A DNA stretch of 64,000 nucleotides from Myxococcota bacterium (lineage in GTDB: Bacteria > Myxococcota_A > SURF-8). This document shows, piece by piece, positions 1 to 7,945 of this stretch; within the stretch, counting starts at the first letter, position 1; the number at the start of each line of letters is the position of its first letter. The stretch is from contig OZ223209.1 in assembly GCA_965140415.1 (NCBI GenBank), positions 4,360,986-4,424,985 on the forward strand. Direction: 5' to 3'. The position numbers and the translations under genes were made by a program. A model generated the notes under the pieces. The model did no database searches. It was given only the letters and a program-made list of their open reading frames with translations, and was not told the origin of the DNA.

Positions 1-167
1 CCGTCAGCCTGGCACGCCCGCTGATCTGCGAACCGCATCTTGCCAAGCGCTGGCAACAGGGTGACCATGCTCCCGCCAAATGTTTAAGCGATTCGCGCTG
101 CTTTGTGGCCGGATTGAAAGGCGGGATTCAATGCACCACCGCCAAGCAGAAACCGCAAGAAGGGTAA
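1..167 (+). CDS. 3' end of an NADH:flavin oxidoreductase (Old Yellow Enzyme family)-like gene, truncated by the window edge
   Basis: Frame 3 is open from the window edge to TAA at 165-167. The translation VSLARPLICEPHLAKRWQQGDHAPAKCLSDSRCF resembles, from memory, the conserved C-terminal ARPLIxxPxLxxRW segment of OYE/2,4-dienoyl-CoA reductase-type flavoenzymes. It is too short for the ORF track. Confidence 0.5.
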   Translation, partial: VSLARPLICEPHLAKRWQQGDHAPAKCLSDSRCFVAGLKGGIQCTTAKQKPQEG

Positions 168-574
168 GTTTCCAATATCCCAGAATGATGGGTTTCCTGA
201 TCTTGCCTCTTCTCGTGATATAGGCAAGATCGGTTGTAATCCGACTTGCTGTTAATTCCTACCCCGCTTTCATTCAACTGGGTGCATCACAAGAAGTTGC
301 AAACCTGTATGATTTTAGGGTGGCGCGGGCTAAGCCGCAGGCTTGCCCGTGTTAAAGAGCCACATGGGCAAGCTCCGTTTCTCTTCGCTTGTCCAATAAT
401 TCCCGTCGCTTGCATTTGACTGACCTTTTCCCTTGCACTATCCAACCAAAGCAGGGACAATAAGAAAATCAAGTAGTGAACTGGACGGGAGGCAGTAGCA
501 ATCGGCTTGTTGTATCCGAAATGTGTCTTCCGATCGAAACAGAACCGGCAACTGAACCGCATTGGGAGGAAACG

Positions 575-997
575 ATGCCGATCAAGGCTTTTTTCGTGAC
601 ACTGTTTGTTATGTTCGTTTTATGCGCCTGCGGCGACAAAGTCGATCCCGGTGATGCCGTGACCCTTCCGGATGGAGATGGAACGGAGCAGGCGAACTGC
701 ATCGCCTATCAAAGTCGCATCAAGGATATCCTCGACGCGCGCTGCATCTCCTGTCATTCTTCGGCACTTGTGGGTTCCGATCGCAATAGCGCTCCGGCGG
801 GTTACGACTACAATACCTATTCCAACACCGTCGCCACCGCCGATTCCGCCAATAGCGCCATCCAGAACGAATCCATGCCCAAAAACGGAAGCATGCCGGA
901 GTCCGAACGCGCCGACTTTCAATCCTGGATCGAATCTGGCACTCCTGGTATTTGCACGACAGGCAGTGACGGAGATCTGGACAGCAGCGAAGAATAA
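575..997 (+). CDS. Small lipoprotein with a c-type haem-binding motif (CXXCH) and DGD motifs
   Basis: This is an internal ATG of the 476..997 ORF, preceded by GGAGGA at 565-570. The N-terminus MPIKAFFVTLFVMFVLCAC has a lipobox-like VLCAC. It carries CISCH plus downstream Met-Pro (ESMPKNGSMP), as in class I cytochrome c and planctomycete-type cytochrome domains. Confidence 0.65.
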   Translation: MPIKAFFVTLFVMFVLCACGDKVDPGDAVTLPDGDGTEQANCIAYQSRIKDILDARCISCHSSALVGSDRNSAPAGYDYNTYSNTVATADSANSAIQNESMPKNGSMPESERADFQSWIESGTPGICTTGSDGDLDSSEE

Positions 998-1063
998 CCC
1001 CTGTTTATCACTCACCTCCATCCTATCGAACTTGTTGGGTGATATAAAAGGAGACGGATTAAA

Positions 1064-2074
1064 ATGACGATGCCCACCAAAATCATGGCGCTGTTTTCAT
1101 TGCTGGCGTGGCTGCTGTTATACAGCACTCCGATTTACGCACAAACCCCGGAGGCGGAACAAGAACCGTCAACTTCCGATTTGGCCGCAGCGGAAGAAGC
1201 CACAACCCAAGTATCCACATCCCCAACTCCTGCGCAGGCAAACGAATCGGAGGATGAAGAAATCGAAGTCGTCGATGACGTCGAGGATGTCACGCAGCAA
1301 CCGCCGCTGTACAGTTCCGAAGCCTGGGCCGATAAAACCGCCTTTCCTGCCATCGAACGGGGCGTCAACCTGGCTACCGCACGCACGACCAAACGCAATG
1401 CGGTCTTGATCGTCATCGATCATCGTACGAATCAGGCGTTCACCAAAAACACCTGGCGCGATTATTTCGGTCTGGATGCCGGAAAGCTGAAAATCGGGAT
1501 CGGGGTTCGTTACGGCATTCTGGACAATCTGGATATGGGTATTTATCGACTGGGCGGCGCACATGAAATCTTCGATGCCTATGAACTGGATCTGCGCTAC
1601 CGATTTCTAAGTCAGCAGGATTATCACCTGGATATGGCCGTGCGGGCGGGTGTGACCTGGTTTTATCAACCGGATCGGGATGACGCAGTCGGCGGTTTCG
1701 GCCAGTTGATGCTCAGCCGCGAATTCTTCAACCGGCTGCTGCTTTCCGCCAGTGCCCTGTTCCACTCCGAATCTTCCTACCAAACGAAAAAATCCACAGA
1801 CGATGAATGGAGTTTCGCGGTAGGCGGACTAGTAGAAATCCGCCTGATCAAATGGCTGGCCTGGAATCTCGAAGTGATCGGCGGAGTGGCGGGCTATCAC
1901 GAAGAATACCCCAATTTCTCCTCCGCGCTGAAGTTCATCACCAGCATGCATACCTTTTCCCTGGTTTTATCCAACACCCAGTATCTCAATGCAGACGGCA
2001 TCGTCTCCGGCTCGCACCGCGACTGGGACAACCTGGTGGTCGGATTTCAGATCACTCGTGAAATCACTTTCTAG
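1064..2074 (+). CDS. Putative outer-membrane beta-barrel protein
   Basis: AAGGAG lies upstream of the ATG. The signal peptide MTMPTKIMALFSLLAWLLLYSTPIYAQ is followed by an acidic low-complexity linker. The C-terminal ~230 aa show an alternating hydrophobic pattern and the protein ends in ...ITREITF (terminal Phe, typical of OMPs). Confidence 0.6.
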   Translation: MTMPTKIMALFSLLAWLLLYSTPIYAQTPEAEQEPSTSDLAAAEEATTQVSTSPTPAQANESEDEEIEVVDDVEDVTQQPPLYSSEAWADKTAFPAIERGVNLATARTTKRNAVLIVIDHRTNQAFTKNTWRDYFGLDAGKLKIGIGVRYGILDNLDMGIYRLGGAHEIFDAYELDLRYRFLSQQDYHLDMAVRAGVTWFYQPDRDDAVGGFGQLMLSREFFNRLLLSASALFHSESSYQTKKSTDDEWSFAVGGLVEIRLIKWLAWNLEVIGGVAGYHEEYPNFSSALKFITSMHTFSLVLSNTQYLNADGIVSGSHRDWDNLVVGFQITREITF

Positions 2075-2089
2075 GCAATGGAGGTTCCC

Positions 2090-2491
2090 ATGTTGACACG
2101 TCGCTTGTTTCTGCTCGGTTCCGCCATCAGCGCAGTGGCCGCCTGGTTCTATTCACCACTGGTTTCTGCAAAAGCGAAAAAGCTGGCCCTGCCGTTAAGC
2201 AAAGCTCCCAAACTCAGCAGTGTAGAGGGCTGGGCGGTTTTAAAGATCAAAGGAAAAGAGATTCTGTTTATTCGGAATTCCGAAACATCGGTCACAGCGC
2301 TCAGCGCGCTATGCACGCACAAAAACTGCCAACTCTCCTACGATCCCAAAGAAAAACACATTGCCTGTGCCTGTCACCGCTCCAGTTTCAATCTCGAAGG
2401 CAAACCACTTGGCGGACCGGCCAAAAAGCCGCTGGCCAACTATCACGCCAAGCTTTCAGGCGAAAGGATTCTCTTTGAACTCGAAGAATAA
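2090..2491 (+). CDS. TAT-exported Rieske [2Fe-2S] domain protein
   Basis: MLTRRLFLLGSA is a twin-arginine signal. The Rieske motifs CTHKNC and CACH are separated by 16 residues. GGAGG lies 5 nt upstream of ATG 2090; ATG 2078 is an alternative start. Confidence 0.85.
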   Translation: MLTRRLFLLGSAISAVAAWFYSPLVSAKAKKLALPLSKAPKLSSVEGWAVLKIKGKEILFIRNSETSVTALSALCTHKNCQLSYDPKEKHIACACHRSSFNLEGKPLGGPAKKPLANYHAKLSGERILFELEE

Positions 2492-2516
2492 GTCATATCA
2501 TTTTTTCCCAAGGCCA

Positions 2517-3098
2517 TTGTTTGTTGTTGTTTGCACGCTGGCAGTTTGCCTTGCTTTTCTAACGTCGTCGGCAACGACACTCGTATTTGCAGAAGACAAT
2601 GAGGACGTGGAAGAAGTCCTGGATGTCGAAGAGGTCGAAGTCGCGCCCTCTTCACAGGAACGGACCAACTCTGCATTGCCGGATTCAATTCTCAGCACAT
2701 TGATTCACTCGCTGCACCGACCGCTCGTTCATTTTCCGATTGCCTGGCTGATCCTGCTGTTCTTTGTCGATGTCGCCACCTTCGGGTTTCACAGAAAATG
2801 GGAGAAAGCCGGCTATTATCTGGGCTGGGCAGCATTGGTGGCCTTTGTTCCCGCTATACTCAGCGGCTGGCTGCGCTCGCAACAGATGCCCGTTTCCGGG
2901 GAAACCTTGGAAATGCTCCTGGAGCATCGCAACCTGGCGTTAGTAACCATGGTAACGCTTTCCGCTTTGGTCGCTTGGCGACGGCTTCACAAAAACCACA
3001 TGAATGCAAAACAGCAGGCAATCTACATGATTCTACTATTGATTGCGGTTTCACTCGTACTGGAAACTGGCCACCATGGCGGAAAATTGCTTGGATAA
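2517..3098 (+). CDS. DUF2231-like integral membrane protein (frequent partner or fusion of Rieske domains)
   Basis: This is the same frame as ORF 2361..3098, but the listed ATG overlaps the Rieske gene by 131 nt. The first plausible start after the Rieske stop is TTG 2517. The HRPLVHFPIAWL motif, four hydrophobic helices and C-terminal HHGGKLLG are as I recall for DUF2231. The start codon is uncertain. Confidence 0.6.
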   Translation: MFVVVCTLAVCLAFLTSSATTLVFAEDNEDVEEVLDVEEVEVAPSSQERTNSALPDSILSTLIHSLHRPLVHFPIAWLILLFFVDVATFGFHRKWEKAGYYLGWAALVAFVPAILSGWLRSQQMPVSGETLEMLLEHRNLALVTMVTLSALVAWRRLHKNHMNAKQQAIYMILLLIAVSLVLETGHHGGKLLG

Positions 3099-3166
3099 TC
3101 AAACAAATACAGTCTTAGCGCTTTAGAATATCGCTAGCCCATTCAGCGAAAAGCTTGCAAAAAGCC

Positions 3167-3196
3167 TTGTCGAAGCGCCCAGGCTCCTTTTATACT
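3167..3196 (+). promoter_or_regulatory. Possible sigma70-like promoter (TTGTCG-N18-TATACT) upstream of the DUF5989 micro-ORF
   Basis: TTGTCG at 3167-3172 and TATACT at 3191-3196, about 40 nt upstream of ATG 3237. This is a pattern match only. Confidence 0.25.
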
Positions 3197-3236
3197 ATGG
3201 CCTCTGAAATCGTCGAGTCATATGGAGTTTGACAAC

Positions 3237-3395
3237 ATGAGTTCACCTTCGTTACTGAAAGAATTGTGGATGTTCTTACGGGTCAGGAAGAAATTCTGGA
3301 TGGCCCCCATCATCCTGACATTGTTGCTTCTGGGTGCATTGATTCTCTTTTCCGAGAGTTCCGCATTGGCACCGTTTATTTACGCGCTGTTTTAA
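3237..3395 (+). CDS. DUF5989-family small membrane protein (52 aa), absent from the ORF track
   Basis: The ORF runs from ATG 3237 to TAA 3393-3395. Its translation is MSSPSLLKELWMFLRVRKKFWMAPIILTLLLLGALILFSESSALAPFIYALF. The LKELWxFLRVRKKFWxxPIIxxLLLLGxL...APFIYxLF pattern matches this widespread micro-protein family as I remember it. Confidence 0.75.
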   Translation: MSSPSLLKELWMFLRVRKKFWMAPIILTLLLLGALILFSESSALAPFIYALF

Positions 3396-3442
3396 ATCGC
3401 TCGAAGCAAGCGAATCACTTCTATCGCGCGATACTGGTAAGC

Positions 3443-3919
3443 ATGGACGAACTCCGCTTTATCTGCGACGCCATGCTGGGACGGCTGGCGAACTGGCTGC
3501 GTATTCTCGGCTATGATACCGTTTTCATTGCGGATATTGCCGATAACGAATTGATTGCAATCGCCGAAACGCAAAAGCGTGTGCTGCTAACTCGCGATAC
3601 GCACCTGCTGAAACGGAAGCTTTTTCGTTCACTGTCACACGGATTCATTTCCAGCAATGATTTCCGAGAACAAGTACGACAAGTTATAGCAGAATGGCAA
3701 CTGACGAAAGCGCACATCGGCACGCGTTGTTTGCGTTGTAATGAAGTGTTGCAGCAAACGTCGAAAGCCAGCGTACAGAACGTGCTGCCGTTTTTCGTCG
3801 CCGCTACGCAAACACAATTCAAGCGCTGTCCGCGCTGTCGCCGCGTGTATTGGCCTGCCACACATCATGAATCATTCCAACGCGAAATCGACGCCATGTT
3901 CACGGACTGCGATTTCTAG
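3443..3919 (+). CDS. Mut7-C RNase domain (DUF82, PIN-like plus zinc ribbon) protein
   Basis: This is an internal ATG of ORF 3266..3919, which would otherwise overlap the micro-ORF. MDELRFICDAMLGRLANWLRILGYDT...LLTRD plus the C-terminal CLRCN...CPRCRRVYW zinc ribbon are hallmark Mut7-C features. Confidence 0.8.
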   Translation: MDELRFICDAMLGRLANWLRILGYDTVFIADIADNELIAIAETQKRVLLTRDTHLLKRKLFRSLSHGFISSNDFREQVRQVIAEWQLTKAHIGTRCLRCNEVLQQTSKASVQNVLPFFVAATQTQFKRCPRCRRVYWPATHHESFQREIDAMFTDCDF

Positions 3920-4032
3920 GAAAATCCGGAATAGAGCTTTTCACTATCAGGAAACTTTTGACAGCCCACGCCACTTTTAGGTAGACTCTGCGGCGAATCA
4001 CCTTTCGACCTTTTCTCATGCAGGAGAACGTC

Positions 4033-5988
4033 ATGAAATTCTGTACGCTTTTAACACTTGTACTTACCATTCTCGCTGCACCGTTCTTGCTGCTGGCGGA
4101 TGCGTCCGGCACTTGGGAATTGCAGTTTTTGAATTTCAATCAGGGTAACGTGTTTAACGCCATGGATGCCGCCGATGCGGATGTAATCGTCGCCAGCGGA
4201 GTGGAAACCAATTCGCAAGGCGGACAAGATCCGGTCGTCAAACGTTCGATCAATGGCGGCACCACCTGGAACGCCGTTCAAATCCCGACCAATGGCGGTT
4301 TGTTTCCGGCGATGTTCACCGAAATTCAGATGATCAACAAAGATATCGGGTTTGCGGTCGGCTCGGAATTCGGTTTCACCGGCAGCGTCGCAGGACCAGC
4401 CTGGAAAATCACCGGTATGGGAGCGACCTGGGAACCGCTCGTCACACTGGATGCCAACTACCATCCGATGTGCTCCCACATTTTCTGCCTGAACGAAACC
4501 CATTGCTGGCTCACCTGCCTGGATGGTGAAATCCTGTACACCGCCAACGGGGGAACGTCTTTCTCTTCGGCCACGATTTCTCAGACCGATCTCGAACCGG
4601 GTCCGATTCACTTCATCGATGAAAACCATGGTTGGGCGGCTTTTGGTTTGTCTGAAGGCGAGGATGATGAACCCAGCACCGTTCTGAACCGTGGTACGAT
4701 TTACAGCACCTCAAACGGCGGTGTGGACTGGCAACAGTTAACGACCGACCAGCCCTATGTATACTACCAGATGGACTTCGTCAATACACAGGTCGGCTAT
4801 CTTTCCGCCTCCGATGACAACTACGCCTACTTGTTGAAAACCAGCAACGGCGGTGTAGACTGGTTCGTGCTGCCGTTACCATCCGAAATTCAGGGACAGT
4901 TCGGTACTTCTCCGTTGTGGCTGGTCAGCGATTTGAAATTCTTCGATGAAAACACCGGCTGGGTGGCTGTCAGCTACGGTACACAAGAAGGAAGCGTGGG
5001 TAACACCTTGTATATGAAGTACACCGAGAACGGCGGTTTAAACTGGTTCGATCATCAGATCATCAACCCGCAGGACAGCAGCGCCATCGGCGGACATATT
5101 CTGGACTTCGATTTCATCGACGAGCACTTGGCATTCGCTGCCGGTGAAATGCAGGTAATCGCGAAATACGAAGATGGGCAGTACGTCCCACCTGATGGCG
5201 ACTCTCCGACCGACGGCGATGGTGTAACCGATGGCGATGGCAGCGATGGCGATGTGGATCAGGAAAAAGAGCCGCTGTATCATGGTGGTCCCGGCGAACC
5301 CTGCCCGATTCCCGGCTCCGAGCCAGATTTCGACATTCAACGCTGCGACGCCGAAAAAGGCTCACCATTATGCGCCTGGCGCGATTCGGCGGAAACCTTC
5401 TGTACCGCTTTCTGTCAGAAAAACGAAGACTGCCGCCCGCTAAGCGCCGATGCGCAGTGCAAACCGGTAACGTTGGAAGGCCAGAGCAAACACATCTGCC
5501 TGCTAAAGGGAGAATACATCACCGACTATTCCGGCGACTGGTACGGCTACTGGCGTCCGCTGTTGGGCGAAACCTGCGCCGATAGTGACCCGCTCTGCGA
5601 TTTGAATTACACCGGAAAGATCTGCATCAATGAACCCAGTGTCACTCCCTTCTGCTCGACGTTATGCCTGACCGACGACGACTGCCTGGGCGGCTTCATC
5701 GAAACGGTCTGCTGCAACGGCAACGCAGGCGGCGGGCAGCTTTACTGCCGTTACGGCGACTTGTGCGAAGAGCCGGAACCCACAGACGGCGACGGCAGCA
5801 CCGATGGCGACAGCAACACCGACGGCGACAGCCCAATCGGTCCGGGACCGGTTACGGATGGCGACGATGGCGGCTCGTCTGAAGACGGCGGCAGCAGTGG
5901 CTGCATGCAATCGCCCGAGACTTCCATGCTGCTGTTCGGATTGCTTGCGCTCTCCATCCTGTTCATCAGGAGAAAAGCACGAATCTGA
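4033..5988 (+). CDS. Secreted BNR/Asp-box (Ycf48/sortilin-like) beta-propeller protein with DGD repeats, a Cys-rich region and a MYXO-CTERM-like C-terminal sorting tail
   Basis: AGGAG lies upstream of ATG 4033, followed by signal peptide MKFCTLLTLVLTILAAPFLLLADA. Five SxNGGxxW-type repeats are present (SINGGTTW, TANGGTSF, TSNGGVDW twice, TENGGLNW). There are TDGDG repeats. The tail is SSGCMQSPETSMLLFGLLALSILFIRRKARI. Confidence 0.85.
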   Translation: MKFCTLLTLVLTILAAPFLLLADASGTWELQFLNFNQGNVFNAMDAADADVIVASGVETNSQGGQDPVVKRSINGGTTWNAVQIPTNGGLFPAMFTEIQMINKDIGFAVGSEFGFTGSVAGPAWKITGMGATWEPLVTLDANYHPMCSHIFCLNETHCWLTCLDGEILYTANGGTSFSSATISQTDLEPGPIHFIDENHGWAAFGLSEGEDDEPSTVLNRGTIYSTSNGGVDWQQLTTDQPYVYYQMDFVNTQVGYLSASDDNYAYLLKTSNGGVDWFVLPLPSEIQGQFGTSPLWLVSDLKFFDENTGWVAVSYGTQEGSVGNTLYMKYTENGGLNWFDHQIINPQDSSAIGGHILDFDFIDEHLAFAAGEMQVIAKYEDGQYVPPDGDSPTDGDGVTDGDGSDGDVDQEKEPLYHGGPGEPCPIPGSEPDFDIQRCDAEKGSPLCAWRDSAETFCTAFCQKNEDCRPLSADAQCKPVTLEGQSKHICLLKGEYITDYSGDWYGYWRPLLGETCADSDPLCDLNYTGKICINEPSVTPFCSTLCLTDDDCLGGFIETVCCNGNAGGGQLYCRYGDLCEEPEPTDGDGSTDGDSNTDGDSPIGPGPVTDGDDGGSSEDGGSSGCMQSPETSMLLFGLLALSILFIRRKARI

Positions 5989-6010
5989 TGTGAGTTCGCT
6001 GAGTTTTAAA

Positions 6011-6040
6011 GGACCGGCCTTACCCGCCGGTCCTTTTTTT
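6011..6040 (+). terminator. Rho-independent terminator
   Basis: GGACCGGC-cttaccc-GCCGGTCC is followed by TTTTTTT, 23 nt after the stop at 5988. Confidence 0.8.
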
Positions 6041-6109
6041 ACATAGTTTCATGATGTTATCCATACCACTCATGCTATCATTGGCCGCGCAGGCGCTTCG
6101 TTCTTTTCC

Positions 6110-7099
6110 TTACTCCTCCACCGGTTGGCAGGGGGCGTTGCTCCAGGTGAAGCCGTTTAGCAGCGGCGTGCCGGTCGGGTCAGAATCGACCTTGTAGAGA
6201 GCTACGGGGCTGTTGGGGTAGATGGGGTCATTGATACCAGGAACATTCTGATTCGACCAGGTGATAATGCTTGTTGATTGTTCGAAAACCACCACCCAGT
6301 CCGTATTCTGAATATAGCGTGCTTCACCGGGCTGCAATACATACCAGCATTGTTCGTGCTTGACCCACAGCTCATGGTAATACCTTTTTTCCCCATCCGC
6401 CTGCGTGCCGCGTGTTTGACTGCAAATGCGATGAGGGAGGATCTCCATGTCAGCCGGGTGCTGCAAACCTTCCGCAATAGGAGCCGTGCTGGTGTTGAAA
6501 ATGTGGTATACGAGTTCATCTTCAACGTATAAATCCAGCCAACCCAAGCCCCAATCCCGTTCCTGCCACATCACGATTTTCACGTTCTGTCCGGTTTGCA
6601 GGTTGGGATTCAAGCCTGCACCAAGCAAACCAAAAGACCAAACGGTTCTTGATTGATCCTCGAAAGAGAACCAATATCTTGAACCTTGATCGTATGGGTA
6701 GTCCCCGCTTATTCCAGAAATGGAACTCGATTGAGATCCGCAGAATCCTGTCCGTTCCGGTTCGGTGCCGACATCGCTGATGGGACCGTTGAACATGTAA
6801 GCATCTTCGCCATAATCCTGATCGCCATAACCGAGCCAGTCCTCTGGCCTGTCCAGAACCTTCCAACAGGCTGTCAGTCTTCTAGGAACGACATATTCCT
6901 CGCAATTGCCTTCGTACAAATCCAACTCTGCTTCCGGTTCCTGCTCTGCATCGAAATTCTCAGTGAAATCCGTGTCCAAATCGCCATCGGTTACAATGTC
7001 GCCATCGCTATTTGTATCCGATTCGTTGCAGTCACAAAAAAGCAGCGCGATGATTCCTGCAAAAAAGAATACTTTTAATCGGTTACATTGCATGTTCAT
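6110..7099 (-). CDS. Hypothetical lipoprotein (DGD motif, acidic linker)
   Basis: MNMQCNRLKVFFFAGIIALLFCDC is a signal with a Cys lipobox, followed by SDGDIVTDGDLDTD. I recognise no family for the remainder. Confidence 0.6.
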   Translation of the reverse strand: MNMQCNRLKVFFFAGIIALLFCDCNESDTNSDGDIVTDGDLDTDFTENFDAEQEPEAELDLYEGNCEEYVVPRRLTACWKVLDRPEDWLGYGDQDYGEDAYMFNGPISDVGTEPERTGFCGSQSSSISGISGDYPYDQGSRYWFSFEDQSRTVWSFGLLGAGLNPNLQTGQNVKIVMWQERDWGLGWLDLYVEDELVYHIFNTSTAPIAEGLQHPADMEILPHRICSQTRGTQADGEKRYYHELWVKHEQCWYVLQPGEARYIQNTDWVVVFEQSTSIITWSNQNVPGINDPIYPNSPVALYKVDSDPTGTPLLNGFTWSNAPCQPVEE

Positions 7100-7431
7100 C
7101 CCTTTACGCTATATGGCAGTGCTTGAATTCATTTATCGATATCAACCGCAATGTCATTGTCCGCGCAGGCGGACAATCCATTGATTTTATTTAAGAACCT
7201 GGATTACCTGCCTTCGCAGGTAATGACATGGACCTCGCTAAGTTCAAATAGTAACCCGTATAGTCGGACTTTCGTCCGTAACATTGTGTTTTGCTTACAG
7301 AATACGATTGGACAGCATGTCTGTCCGATAAAAGAAAATCGTGATCGGCTCTCGTGGCGAGTATGTAACAAGTACCATACACGATGGGAGCTTGTCAAGC
7401 AGCTTCATTCAATAGTGATTCATGTATTGTT

Positions 7432-7603
7432 TATAGGCTGCCTCTAAAAATAGCTATTCGTCGCGAGAACGCATCCTTTGCGAGACCGGGCGTTTTTCGC
7501 AATCCGCAGGCATATCCTGTAGATACGTCGAGGATTGAGAGAAACGATCCGGGCCGGAAAGTGGCGTTCGTAGCAGAATATGGATTTTTAGAGGTAGCCT
7601 ATA
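7432..7603 (+). other. 172-nt rod-like imperfect inverted repeat (candidate structured sRNA or MITE)
   Basis: A 20-bp closing stem pairs 7432-7451 with 7584-7603 and has one G-T position (7440/7595). Co-linear inner helices pair 7455-7459 with 7576-7580 and 7467-7472 with 7564-7569. The element lies in an 850-bp non-coding gap. Strand was assigned only from the G-U argument. Confidence 0.35.
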
Positions 7604-7945
7604 GTAAAGTAAGCATTCAAACATCTCAAGTAACAACGAGCCAGTCCACATCTCCCTCTTTTTCTCCCTGTTATATCTACTTTTAACTTGAACTTATATA
7701 GTATGCCGAATATACTATGCACCGTATTTCTATGAATGTCGACTCGCCACAATTTTCACGGGATAAAATTCCTTTATGAGGTAAAGGGTTTGGCTTGTTC
7801 ATACGATCAAGCCACATCGATTGTCGGTCAAAAGTACATCATCACGGAACGTACCTGTCTTGACGAACGACTGACACCCTCGACTCATGGATGTGAATAC
7901 ATGAAGGACTCGGTTGTACAGCCCTTTCGGTCAGGAGGTAAGACG

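Noticed and set aside
199-231. 10-bp perfect hairpin GATCTTGCCT-13 nt-AGGCAAGATC after the truncated oxidoreductase gene, considered as a terminator
   Set aside because: No T-run follows the stem and the loop is large. It may be a regulatory palindrome, but I cannot support a terminator call.
355-375. The motif (C/T)GGGCAAGCTCC shared between 362-375 and 61307-61320, each next to a CTTGCCC/GGGCAAG-type hairpin
   Set aside because: There are only two short copies with little flanking similarity. That is too weak to call a repeat family without a genome-wide count.
7540-7570. CCGGGCCGGAAAGTGG, superficially like RNase P P4 (GGAAAGTCCGGGC) or SRP RNA motifs
   Set aside because: The order and spacing do not match either consensus, and the companion conserved blocks are absent from the 850-bp gap.
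7736-7945. N-terminal 70-aa extension of the 1,021-aa ORF
   Set aside because: The extension has no signal features. ATG 7946 has a perfect AGGAGG and yields a canonical lipoprotein signal peptide.
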